Assembly (NCBI GenBank): GCA_036504055.1
Contig: DASXVU010000038.1
Span: 92 to 64,091 of the forward strand
Source: Methanomassiliicoccales archaeon
GTDB taxonomy: Archaea > Thermoplasmatota > Thermoplasmata > Methanomassiliicoccales > UBA472
Direction: 5' to 3'
DNA length: 64,000 bases
Below, in pieces: positions 11,443-20,590 of this stretch; the first letter of the stretch is position 1, and every line of letters begins with the position of its first letter. The notes beneath the pieces are model-generated. The model was given only the letters and a program-made list of their open reading frames with translations. It was not told the origin of the DNA and did no database searches. The translations under genes and the position numbers were made by a program.

Positions 11443-12149
11443 AGAGTTGCAGGAGATAGCTAGATTCCTTCAAACCTAGGGAGGACCCAATATCTCCCAA
11501 AACCGTCCTGATCGGTGGTTGGGCGGTCCACTCATACAACCCTTGGTATGGCTCAATCGATATCGATCTGATAACAAATTCAAGGACCCGTAGCAGTCTA
11601 AATGATCATCTGGTTTCCAATAGAGGGTTTGTAAGGGCACGCAATTCTGACGATACGAAGCGAGTAGAGAAGAAAATCGAAGAGGGCAAAAATATCATCA
11701 TAGATTTTGGGAAAAGGGAACAAGAGGACCCGTTCGAAGGGCAAGCGAGACACCTTACTTATGAAATCCTAGATGGTCAAACCGAATTAATGCCAATTGG
11801 AGGGGGTTTATTTTTTCCAGTTCCAAAAAGATCCATTTTACTCCTATTCAAAATGAAAGCAGCATGGGATCGTAATTATCGGATTAGCCATGATTCATCC
11901 CATGATATCGAGTGGGAGAAAGGTAAGCTTAGGAAAGACCGGGCTGACATCCTTGCACTCCTTGATCCTAGCAAAGGCGGTCGCGACCTGGATATCGCGA
12001 TGCTAGGAGAAAAGATGGAGGAATACCAATTCGTGGGGCAGTGTTTTGATGAAATCATCACCGACGTCGATGCCAGAGATTTCTATGGGCGCATCTCCGA
12101 AAAAGATGTCAAAGTGCTCATCGAGCAATTAGTTGATCTCTTAGGATGA
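11396..12149 (+). pseudogene. AbiEii-like / Pol-beta-superfamily nucleotidyltransferase, disrupted near the 5' end (frameshift or in-frame TAG)
   Basis: The NTase core TVLIGGWAVHSYNPWYGSIDIDL (GG...S.D.D) lies in the frame of the 11790..12149 ORF but has no ATG/GTG/TTG before 11790. ATG 11439 in that frame is followed by TAG at 11457-11459. ATG 11396 in the +2 frame gives MVNYLDLNSIIQNSNEELQEIARFLQT, then TAG at 11477-11479. A +1 shift there joins it to REDPISPKTVLIGGWAV. Confidence 0.6.
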
Positions 12150-12253
12150 TTCGATGACTCAGATGCATAACCAATTCGTAGAACTTATCCATGGGCTGTC
12201 CGATTGTTGGGATGGATAGTTCAGAAAGAATTCACTTCTTCAGATATGATCAA

Positions 12254-12305
12254 GGGAGAGCGCCCTTCCCGAAGGAAAGTCCAGGAAGGGAAAATGCATT
12301 CTCCC
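12254..12305. terminator. nested hairpin between convergent genes
   Basis: Outer stem GGGAGA (12254-12259) pairs with TCTCCC (12300-12305). Inner stem CCCTTCC (12263-12269) pairs with GGAAGGG (12284-12290). It lies between the NTase stop (12149) and the ArsR-like stop (12325). Confidence 0.3.
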
Positions 12306-12324
12306 TGATCGAACCACAACTCGC

Positions 12325-12696
12325 TCAAGCGGGTTGTTTTGACATCTCCAGGAATGCCGACATGTCTATGTCATACGACGCGTCCTGTGTCGTACCGTCG
12401 ATCATCTCTATCTTTGCCCTGATCTTGTTCCTTTCGAACACGATCTGAGCGTTCCTTACGTTCGACTTGTACATGCTAATCCTCTTACCAGCCTGGGTAA
12501 GCCTTCTCTCAGCGCAGAACATCAGACCGGAATCTTCGAGCAGCTTGATCTTACGGTAACAAGCAGCGATTGGAATTCCTAACTTGTCGCTTAGTTCGAA
12601 CGCGCTTTTTGGCTTTCCCATAGTGGCAAGGAGTATCTTTGCCGAATACTCCTCCGTCAATAACCTCGATGTTTCGAGAGCGTGCATTTCCGACAC
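12325..12696 (-). CDS. ArsR-family winged-helix transcriptional regulator
   Basis: 123 aa. KILLATMGKPKSAFELSDKLGIPIAACYRKIKLLEDSGLM is a typical ArsR/SmtB HTH. A TATA-like GGTATATAAT box sits at about 12716-12728 upstream. Confidence 0.8.
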   Translation of the reverse strand: MSEMHALETSRLLTEEYSAKILLATMGKPKSAFELSDKLGIPIAACYRKIKLLEDSGLMFCAERRLTQAGKRISMYKSNVRNAQIVFERNKIRAKIEMIDGTTQDASYDIDMSAFLEMSKQPA

Positions 12697-12743
12697 CTAG
12701 GTCAAGGACGCGTTTTTAGGGTATATAATGCAAATTGGGCGGC

Positions 12744-12760
12744 TATCACTATTGATATCA
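12744..12760. promoter_or_regulatory. palindromic element TATCACTATTGATATCA upstream of the ArsR-like gene
   Basis: Read directly. It shares the TATCAC / TGATA half-sites with the 10324 and 10367 palindromes but has a 5-nt spacer (CTATT). Confidence 0.3.
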
Positions 12761-13460
12761 GTATTTTTCATATAGCCAGATAGTGGAATTTCAGGTAAAA
12801 ACAACCGTTCTTGGATGTGATACCAAGACCTTGGTTTTGCGAAAATAGCGCTTTTTCGGCAATAATTCCGCTCCTATTTCGTGATAAATGTTAACCCTTA
12901 TCATGAAGGAACATGCAGGGAATTCGAGTGGTAGGGATCCGATCTCACCATGTCGGAATACTGATCGACAGAGATGAGGATCATATGACGGGCTTCATCC
13001 ATAGTAAGCATCGATGGATGTGGGCGGCCTCATGAGACCTTGGTCCATCGATTTTGCCTCGTCCACCATGTGATATCCGAATCATAACATATCTATAACC
13101 GTCGTTCCAATCGATTTGACAGCGGACGAAATAAGGAAGGGTCCATCATAAGGAACAATGTCATAAACGGAGTTACTGTTCCCCTTGCCCGTCAATATGG
13201 CGATTCAAGCCACCGCGGCATGAATATGATGATTTGGAAAATGAATTCAAACGGAATCGGCATCTGGTTCGATCATAAACCAAAGGTATCAGACTTCCAG
13301 AAAACCACAAAGATCTATCTGATCAATGAATATATTAGAAGGCTGCCTTTATGGCAGTAGCCGGCATCCGGTCAATAGCCATGATCGGGAACGTGGGAAT
13401 GTGGCGATGGGTCCCGTCCACGTCCAATTCAGAGATCCATCATGATAGGGAGGTTCATTC

Positions 13461-13895
13461 ATGTGCAGGGCCATCGATGTCTTGTTGATCGAGGATAACC
13501 CAGCCGATGCGTACCTGGCGTGTGAATATCTGCGTGATACTGGTTTCTCAATAAATGTCACAAAGTTGCAGGATGGAAGGGCAGCGATCGATTACGTTGA
13601 GCAGGTACGCAAAGGTTCCAAACGAATGCCTGACCTGGTTCTTCTCGACCTGAACCTCCCCAAACAGAACGGTCAGGAGGTGCTAGAGTTCATAAGGCGT
13701 CAGGACAGCGATGTGACGGTCGTCATCTACAGCGGATCGACCTCCCCCATGGACCGGCAGCGGGCCGAAGACAGTAATGTCAACGGTTACCTGGTCAAGC
13801 CAATGACCGGCGACGAAATGGACGAGGTCGTATTTCAACTCAAAAAGGTCCTCAAAAGCATCCAGGCTGGTTTTGGGCCATGTAATAGTACATGA
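13461..13895 (+). CDS. stand-alone response regulator receiver (CheY-like)
   Basis: IDVLLIEDNPADAYLA ... PDLVLLDLNLPKQNGQEVLEFIR ... VVIYSGSTSP ... GYLVKP contains the acidic pocket, the phospho-Asp and the conserved Lys. GGGAGG lies upstream of the ATG. Confidence 0.9.
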   Translation: MCRAIDVLLIEDNPADAYLACEYLRDTGFSINVTKLQDGRAAIDYVEQVRKGSKRMPDLVLLDLNLPKQNGQEVLEFIRRQDSDVTVVIYSGSTSPMDRQRAEDSNVNGYLVKPMTGDEMDEVVFQLKKVLKSIQAGFGPCNST

Positions 13896-14018
13896 TCGGC
13901 CGAATATGTGTTCCGATCGGGGTCTTGGCCTGATATCTGAAATTCTTATAAATAGATTTAATTAATGGCGCTGTCGATTCTTCAATGCTGGGGAACGCCC
14001 CCTATGGAGGTGCATCGT

Positions 14019-14090
14019 ATGGCATGTGGAAAATGCGCGCCGAAGGGCGGGGACAAGGATAAGAAGAAGGATGAGAAGAAAAAGAAGTAA
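14019..14090 (+). CDS. candidate 23-aa CxxC lysine-rich micro-protein (MACGKCAPKGGDKDKKKDEKKKK)
   Basis: Below the ORF-track size cutoff. GGAGGTG at 14007-14013 sits 5 nt before the ATG. A TATA-like CTTATAAATA box lies about 70 nt upstream, and a T-rich tract follows the TAA. An in-frame ATG at 14004 would add 5 aa. Confidence 0.35.
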   Translation: MACGKCAPKGGDKDKKKDEKKKK

Positions 14091-14130
14091 GTTTCTTTCT
14101 CATCCACAAACCGTTTTTACTTTTCTCCTT

Positions 14131-15012
14131 CTAGTCCTGTTTTGCCACTAGAACGATGGCCAAGAACGTCAGCAATGCGCCGCATAACACGAACTGGTCT
14201 ATCTGTTCCCCCAACACCAACCAGCTCAGGACGACAGCAAAGGTGGATTCCAGCATGAGAACGGTCGCGGAAGTGACCACGCTGATATGTTTCAAGGCCT
14301 TGACCCAAAGCATCGTGGGCACGGTTGAGCACATGATCCCGACATAGAGCGTCAGCGGTAAGGCATCCCCACTATAGTGATCGACATTTCCCACGGTCAA
14401 TGCCATGATGAGCAAGGTCAATGGAAGGAACATGTGGAGGCTCAAGGACCATTGATCATATTCCATATGTCTCAGGGCGACCCTCGACATGATGACCACC
14501 AGAGCTATGAACACCGCTGACACGAGGATAAGCAGGTCTCCCAACAACTGGTCACCGTTCAGCGTCGTCAATTCCCATTTGGTGGTGAGCGTGACCAGCC
14601 CCAGGAACCCTATGATAAGTCCGATGGTGCGGTTCCTTCCCAGCCTTTCCCCGAAGGCGAGGCGGGAGAAGATCGCCACAAAAATCACATTGGAGCCTAC
14701 GATGAGCCCGGCAACCGCTGCCGTGGTCATGGTGAGTCCTATGTATTGGCTGGCCACGACGACGGTGTTGAGGACTGGCGCGGTCCAGAACTCCCATCGT
14801 TTGAACATGGATAGCTTCAAGGAGCGCCTCCACGCCATGAACGCCAGTATGACCAGGGTGCCCACCCCCATGGCGATGGCTCCGAAAAGGAATGGATCCA
14901 CGCTACTGACCCCCATCTTGGCGGCCACATAAGAGGAGCCGAGCATGGCGCTCGATATTATGGTGATCAACAGCGCCGCGGATTCGTCAGAGGTTACGAT
15001 CCTTTTTCTCAT
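14131..15012 (-). CDS. EamA/DMT-superfamily transporter (10 TM)
   Basis: Two homologous five-helix halves, uniformly hydrophobic, with the typical length. I prefer ATG at 15012 (MRKRIVTSDE); the ORF-track start 15033 is TTG. Confidence 0.85.
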   Translation of the reverse strand: MRKRIVTSDESAALLITIISSAMLGSSYVAAKMGVSSVDPFLFGAIAMGVGTLVILAFMAWRRSLKLSMFKRWEFWTAPVLNTVVVASQYIGLTMTTAAVAGLIVGSNVIFVAIFSRLAFGERLGRNRTIGLIIGFLGLVTLTTKWELTTLNGDQLLGDLLILVSAVFIALVVIMSRVALRHMEYDQWSLSLHMFLPLTLLIMALTVGNVDHYSGDALPLTLYVGIMCSTVPTMLWVKALKHISVVTSATVLMLESTFAVVLSWLVLGEQIDQFVLCGALLTFLAIVLVAKQD

Positions 15013-15094
15013 CAAGTTCTCAAGCCCACCCAAGCTAGGGACGGTCCGGAATCAATGGTTCCCTATTTTATCTTGGCTATTGGGCCGACCTCCG

Positions 15095-15784
15095 CTAATC
15101 CGGCTTGCGTGCGATCCCGATCTTCCGCCTGACGTAACTGAACCGAACCTCAATCCAGTGGATGATCCTGGAAAGATCGAGGCTGTTCACAAAAAGGCCG
15201 ATCATTATACCGATGAGCGCTCCGCTGGCCACATCATAGGGGTAATGCACTCCAATATACACTCGACTATATCCTACGGCCGCGGCCAAGACCAGTAACG
15301 GGATCAATGCCTTTCGCCATTTCAGCCCTATTGCCAGTGCGCAGGCGAAGACGGTCATGGCGTGACCCGAAGGGAACGACGGATCTGTCGGTCTATAGAC
15401 CGGGTCGACTGCCTGGATCACTTCGAACGGCCTTGGCCGGTCGATCCCGTATTTCATCCCCCACGCGATCAGTATGACCATCAACAGGGCGATGAACACC
15501 GCCCCGGCCTCTTTCTTCCTGCGGATGGCCCAGAGCAAAGGCACGGCAAGGAACCATACGTTAAGGGCTCCCAGATCGGTGAAGACCCTGAAGAAGGATT
15601 TCAAGGCCGTCTCATATTGCTCTCTGACCTCGGTGAAAAGCCACACGTCAATATTTGTGATCTCCTTTAGCTGTAGGATCAGCGTTAGGACAACGCAGGC
15701 TGCCAAGATCCCTCCAAGCCATATCCAGGACCTACGTGAAAAGATCTTGTTCTTCTCCGGTGCCGCCTCGTCGTTCATCCCCAT
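15095..15784 (-). CDS. PAP2-family (type 2 phosphatidic acid / polyprenyl-diphosphate) phosphatase
   Basis: All three PAP2 motifs are present: KYGIDRPRP, PSGH, SRVYIGVHYPYDV. The protein is a multi-TM protein. Confidence 0.85.
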   Translation of the reverse strand: MGMNDEAAPEKNKIFSRRSWIWLGGILAACVVLTLILQLKEITNIDVWLFTEVREQYETALKSFFRVFTDLGALNVWFLAVPLLWAIRRKKEAGAVFIALLMVILIAWGMKYGIDRPRPFEVIQAVDPVYRPTDPSFPSGHAMTVFACALAIGLKWRKALIPLLVLAAAVGYSRVYIGVHYPYDVASGALIGIMIGLFVNSLDLSRIIHWIEVRFSYVRRKIGIARKPD

Positions 15785-15863
15785 CCTATTGTCCTCCTTT
15801 GGATATCTGGTGGTGAGTATCGGATCAGCGATATCAATGCTATTGGCCTACTAGTTGAGGATA

Positions 15864-16289
15864 TCATAGGACATAGTATACAATATACACAATCTCCCCG
15901 GATAGGAATGCCAGGAACCATAGCACGATCATAGGGATCGTAAGGGAGCGATGCAAACCTGACGGCTTCTTGGTCTTCCACATCAGATAACCGGTGATCA
16001 GCATCATGATTTCCAGAACCATGACGATAACGGATATGACCCCATGCACGGCGAAGTACGAGGTCATCGATGGGGTGATCGTCAGGATGCTGCCGTCCGT
16101 CTGCCCACCGAATGTACGGTATAGCATGTAGAATATGGACAGGCTCAGGTCCCATGCCACCGCCACCGTGCCTGAGATCGTATGATATCTCCAACCTCGA
16201 CGTCCTGAGAGGAAGGCGTGGGTGAAGAAGAAGGCCACCGGGATAAGGGCGAGGGCCACAAAAGTACTGGCCAAGGGTGCTGAGACCAT
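15864..16289 (-). CDS. four-TM membrane protein, DUF420-like
   Basis: 141 aa with four hydrophobic helices and a conserved-looking HRSL segment before the last helix. The family assignment is from memory only. Confidence 0.55.
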   Translation of the reverse strand: MVSAPLASTFVALALIPVAFFFTHAFLSGRRGWRYHTISGTVAVAWDLSLSIFYMLYRTFGGQTDGSILTITPSMTSYFAVHGVISVIVMVLEIMMLITGYLMWKTKKPSGLHRSLTIPMIVLWFLAFLSGEIVYIVYYVL

Positions 16290-16741
16290 GGTGATGGACT
16301 AATGCCCAATGTATTTACTCATTTCCCCGATCTGGAGGCACACGTCCCGGTTGAGCACAGACGGTACCCAGCAATCATGTCCCAAATGCTTACGTAACTG
16401 TCGCAGATATTGATGAACATAGATATTAATTTCCTACCAGGATTTTAATAATGCGATTTCAAGGCATGATTTATTGGTCACCATCATATTTCATTCGAAC
16501 TACTGGGTAGAAGGGTTTCATACAATCGAACCAATTTTGCATGATAGGTAGAAAAATCAAGATCAAACGATTATTTAGATCCCGTTCATTTGTTCCCATA
16601 TCATTATATGAATATAATTATTTAATATTTACGTGCATTCTATTTACATATGAATAACTGATTAATATGGTAATACAGACTGGCCTAAATTTTTATATTT
16701 TACATTCGTTTAATTCGTACCCTAAAACAAAACGTTTATTA

Positions 16742-19700
16742 ATGATTAAGAAAACACCGTTATCAGGTATTTCATTGAAAAGGAACCTGATCGCCATAGT
16801 CCTGGTCGGGGCGGTGATCTTGGCAGCAGCCATGATCGCCCCTGTCCTTGGTTCGCCCGGAGGTGTTGGAAACAAGAACCTCCAAGCCAATAGCTGCTCT
16901 GCTCATAATATCGTGAGCACATCGAACACCGTAACGGTGACCGCTTCTAAGCTTAACCCTGCTCCAAGCGAGCAGATCACCGTTACGGCGTCGTTATCCG
17001 GTTCGGGTGGGAGTGGTAGTAAAGCGGGCATAGCCCTGTTCACTGCCCTCAGCGGATCGTCCGGAACTGCACCGGCCGACAAAGGCTGGACCATCGTCAC
17101 GGACCCATCCGGCACGACGTACAACTACAACGAGAAATCATACAGCGGAAGCGCCAGCTTCGCATGGACGATGAAGGCACCGGCCGCCGCTGGGACCTAC
17201 AGCATCTATGCCAGGGCCTACATGGGCCCGACCTTCAACTATAAGGACGCGGCCGCGCCCCTCACTTTCACTGTAGCCAGCGCCGCCGTGGTAAGTGCAC
17301 CTACGGTGACTGTCACCGCACCAGCCAGCGGGGCTACCGTAAGTGGCACCTTCTCCGTGACAGCGACGGCGACCGCCGGAACTGGTGCTTCAATATCATC
17401 GGTCGACCTCAAGGTCGATTCGGTATCCGTCGGCGCTAAGACCGTATCTCCGTACACATGGAGCATCAATTCGGCAAGCTACACGAACGCAGCCCATACC
17501 CTGAACATAACTGCCACCGACAGTGCTGGCCGGAAGGGCTATGCCCAGATCAGCGTGACCGTCAGCAATGCCGCCCTATTGCCACCAACGGTATCGATCA
17601 CGACGCCGGCGAGCGGCGCCACTCTGACCGGGACCGCCACGATCACCGCGACGGCAACACCATCAGGGACGGCCACAGTCAGCTCTGTGGCCCTTTCAAT
17701 CGACGGGACGTCGGTAGGCACCAAGACATCCTCTCCCTACACGTGGAGCGTCAATACCGCCATCTATGCGAAGGGAGCGCACACGATCCTCGTGGCCGCC
17801 ACCGATTCGAACGCCAAGCAAGGCACGGCGCAGATATCGGTGACCGTCAACAACGATCCAGCATCGGTGACAATCACCTCGCCGACCAACGGTGCCACCG
17901 TGAGCGGGACGGTCTCCGTCAGCGCTTCAGGCACGCCTCCGGCGGGACAGACATTGACCAACATGGAGCTGAAGGTGGATGGCGTTTCGAAGGGGGCGGT
18001 GACCGCCGCCCCTTACACCTGGAGCGTCAACACCAACGACCTGGCCAACGGTCAGCATATCTACAATGTCACCTCGACCAGTTCCCTCGGGAGCAAATCC
18101 TACAGGCAGATATCGGTGACCTACAACAACCAGCCGATCGCGGTCGTCATCAGTTCACCCGCTAACGGAGCGATAATGGCCGGAACGGCAAGCGTGGCCG
18201 CATCGATCTCCAGCGCACAGACGGTGACCTTCGGCTCACTGTACGTCGATGGTGCACTGTTCAACAACAAGACGGCGGCGCCATTCAGCTGGAGCGTTAG
18301 CACGCTCACCCTGGCCAACGGTCAGCATACTCTGTCGGTGGTCGGCGGCGACTCTGCCGGCAGGATCGCCAGGCAGCAGATCAGCGTGACGGTGAACAAT
18401 GCTCCCGTTTCGGTGACCTTTACCGCGCCGGCGAACGGGGCGATCATCAAGGGCACCATGACGGTCTCAGCCAACGCACTGTCCAGCGCGACCGTGTCGT
18501 GGGTAAGGCTGACCATGGACGGGAAACTGATCGGCAACAAGACCGCCGCCCAGTATACCTGGTCGATCGCATCGACGGGCTATTCTGATGGCCAGCACAC
18601 CCTGCTGGTCGAAATGATGGATTCCCTCGGCAGGAAAGCGTCCAGCCAGATCGTGGTAACGTTCAACAACTCGGGAACGGCGGTGCCGGTCCCGGTCGTT
18701 ACTGTAACGAACCCGACGAATGGCGCCTCGATCTCGGGTGACGTCACCGTCACCGCCCAGGTCACCTCGGCGAAGGCCATCACCAACGTGGTGCTGACCA
18801 TGGATGGGAAGGTGATCGGTCAAAAGACCGCATCTCCCTATACCTGGACGCTCAGCACCGCCACCCTGGTCGATGGTCAGCACGCGTTGAACGTTTCTGC
18901 CACCGATTCGGGCGGTAAGATCGGGTACAACCTCATCACCGTGCAGACGGGCAACCCGCCGCCATCGGTGCAGATCACCTCGCCTACGAGCGGTCAGGAC
19001 CTGGTCAGGACGTTCTTCGTGAACGCGACCGTGACCGGTCAATCGATACGCTATGCGTCCCTGAACATCGACGGAGCACAGGTCGGCAACAAGACCGCTG
19101 CCCCGTTCACCTGGACCTGGGACAGTTCCAAATTGGCCAACGGGGTCCATAACATCACCATAGTGGCGATGGACGGTAACGGAAAGCGCGGATCGCAGAG
19201 CATCGCCGTGACGGTGGGCAACATGGCCCCGTCGGTGACCTTTGCCTCTCCCACCGATACCAGCGTCGGTGGGAAGATCAGTGTCACGGCCAATGTCACG
19301 TCGGTCGATCCGGTCAAGGAAGTGGTGTTGAGAATCGACGGGAACATCATCTCCAGCTTGACCGTGTCCCCGTACACTTGGAGCATCGATACGAACACGT
19401 ATGCCGCCGGAGGGCACAATCTTAACCTGACGGCGACGAACGTCTACGGTCTGACCTCCTATGTGGAGATGACGGTCAACATGGACAACTCTCCCCCAAT
19501 CGTGGTGATAACCAGTCCGTCAGAGAACTCCACCGTGTTCGGGAATGCGAGCGTGGCGGTGTCGGTCCTCGGGTCGACCCCGGTCACATCCGTCGCGTTC
19601 TCTCTGGACGGAGCCTCGTCCGGTAACATGACCGCGTCGCCGTATGTCTGGAGCTTCGACTCCAGAACGCTCTCCAACGGGGTCCATAATATGACCGCAA

Positions 19701-20509
19701 AGGCGACCGATGCCAACGGCAAGGTGAATGCCAGCACCGTTCTCTTTACGGTGAACAACAGTGGACCGGTCGTTACGATCGACTCACCTGCCGACGGGAC
19801 CAACGTCAGCGGGCCGACGTCGGTCTCGGTCGGGGTCTCTTCGCTCCAGCCGGTCAGCAATGTCACGCTGAAGGTGGATGGACAGATGATCTCCAGCCTT
19901 AACGCCACACCCTACCTGTGGCTGTGGGACACCTCCAACTATACCGTCGGGACCCATGAGCTGCAGGCATCGGCCATTGACGCCAATGGCAACATGGGCT
20001 ACCGGAACATGACCGTGAACGTTCAACCGGGCACCGTCAGCATCGACCTTACACTGCCGGAGATCGGAACGGGCATCATCGATCTGGCCCCGACGATAAC
20101 GTCCGGGGAAGCGATCAGGAACGTGCTGTTCATCCTGGATGGCAACGTCACCGGGAACGTGACCGGGGTTCCATACGAATATTCGATGGACTCGACACTG
20201 GTCCCGGACGGTCCCCATAGGCTGAACGTGACCGCGGTCACCACCTCAGGCCTCCGATGGTTCAAGGTGTTCGACCTGAACATAGCCAACGGCATGAGCG
20301 GCTCCGGCGGGGAATCGAGCGGGCCTGACCTGCACCTAAGCGCCGTGGACCTGTTGATCATGCAGGCGTTGATAATAATCACCGTCCTGGCCCTGGTGCT
20401 GAAGCTGAGCCACAAGGACAAGGGCCTCAGAAAGGGGCTTTGGATCAGGAAGGGAAAGGAACCGGCGACACTGGAGAACGAAACCGAGGCCAGCGAGGAA
20501 GTGAAGTAG
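16742..20509 (+). CDS. giant surface protein: signal/TM, N-terminal domain, 11 tandem Ig-like (Big_7-like) domains, C-terminal TM anchor
   Basis: I prefer ATG 16742 (MIKKTPLSGISLKRNLIAIVLVGAVILAAAMIAP) over 16667. The repeat consensus is P.V.ITSP..GA.VSGT..V.A......V.L..DG...G.KTA.PYTWS..T..LA.G.H.L.V.A.DS.G......I.V.V.N. The C-terminal helix is LLIMQALIIITVLALVL, followed by a charged tail. Confidence 0.9.
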   Translation: MIKKTPLSGISLKRNLIAIVLVGAVILAAAMIAPVLGSPGGVGNKNLQANSCSAHNIVSTSNTVTVTASKLNPAPSEQITVTASLSGSGGSGSKAGIALFTALSGSSGTAPADKGWTIVTDPSGTTYNYNEKSYSGSASFAWTMKAPAAAGTYSIYARAYMGPTFNYKDAAAPLTFTVASAAVVSAPTVTVTAPASGATVSGTFSVTATATAGTGASISSVDLKVDSVSVGAKTVSPYTWSINSASYTNAAHTLNITATDSAGRKGYAQISVTVSNAALLPPTVSITTPASGATLTGTATITATATPSGTATVSSVALSIDGTSVGTKTSSPYTWSVNTAIYAKGAHTILVAATDSNAKQGTAQISVTVNNDPASVTITSPTNGATVSGTVSVSASGTPPAGQTLTNMELKVDGVSKGAVTAAPYTWSVNTNDLANGQHIYNVTSTSSLGSKSYRQISVTYNNQPIAVVISSPANGAIMAGTASVAASISSAQTVTFGSLYVDGALFNNKTAAPFSWSVSTLTLANGQHTLSVVGGDSAGRIARQQISVTVNNAPVSVTFTAPANGAIIKGTMTVSANALSSATVSWVRLTMDGKLIGNKTAAQYTWSIASTGYSDGQHTLLVEMMDSLGRKASSQIVVTFNNSGTAVPVPVVTVTNPTNGASISGDVTVTAQVTSAKAITNVVLTMDGKVIGQKTASPYTWTLSTATLVDGQHALNVSATDSGGKIGYNLITVQTGNPPPSVQITSPTSGQDLVRTFFVNATVTGQSIRYASLNIDGAQVGNKTAAPFTWTWDSSKLANGVHNITIVAMDGNGKRGSQSIAVTVGNMAPSVTFASPTDTSVGGKISVTANVTSVDPVKEVVLRIDGNIISSLTVSPYTWSIDTNTYAAGGHNLNLTATNVYGLTSYVEMTVNMDNSPPIVVITSPSENSTVFGNASVAVSVLGSTPVTSVAFSLDGASSGNMTASPYVWSFDSRTLSNGVHNMTAKATDANGKVNASTVLFTVNNSGPVVTIDSPADGTNVSGPTSVSVGVSSLQPVSNVTLKVDGQMISSLNATPYLWLWDTSNYTVGTHELQASAIDANGNMGYRNMTVNVQPGTVSIDLTLPEIGTGIIDLAPTITSGEAIRNVLFILDGNVTGNVTGVPYEYSMDSTLVPDGPHRLNVTAVTTSGLRWFKVFDLNIANGMSGSGGESSGPDLHLSAVDLLIMQALIIITVLALVLKLSHKDKGLRKGLWIRKGKEPATLENETEASEEVK
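17288..20293 (+). repeat. 11 tandem coding repeats, period about 276-300 nt (92-100 aa)
   Basis: P(Y/F)(T/S)W(S/T)-type motif counted 11 times (the last three copies are degenerate: PYVWS, PYLWL, PYEYS). The first three Tyr codons fall at 17453, 17738 and 18014. The repeats have diverged at nucleotide level and are not recent copies. Confidence 0.8.
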
Positions 20510-20590
20510 GGAGCCGCCTCGTCCCAGTGAAATGACCTGATTTGAACGCAATAGATTCGAAAATGATCTAGACCAGAGGATGTTGTCAAT

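Noticed and set aside
11457-11459. In-frame TAG read as pyrrolysine
   Set aside because: It is tempting given the MtaA-like gene, but TAG ends about 8 of 44 confident genes here. The alternative +2-frame N-terminus (from ATG 11396) gives a much more natural protein. A frameshift or pseudogene is therefore the better reading, and I keep it only as an alternative in the findings.
17288-20293. Periodic ~285-nt repeats as a possible CRISPR or satellite array
   Set aside because: The repeats are in-frame protein domains within one continuous ORF and have diverged at DNA level. There is no short conserved repeat-plus-spacer structure anywhere in the window.
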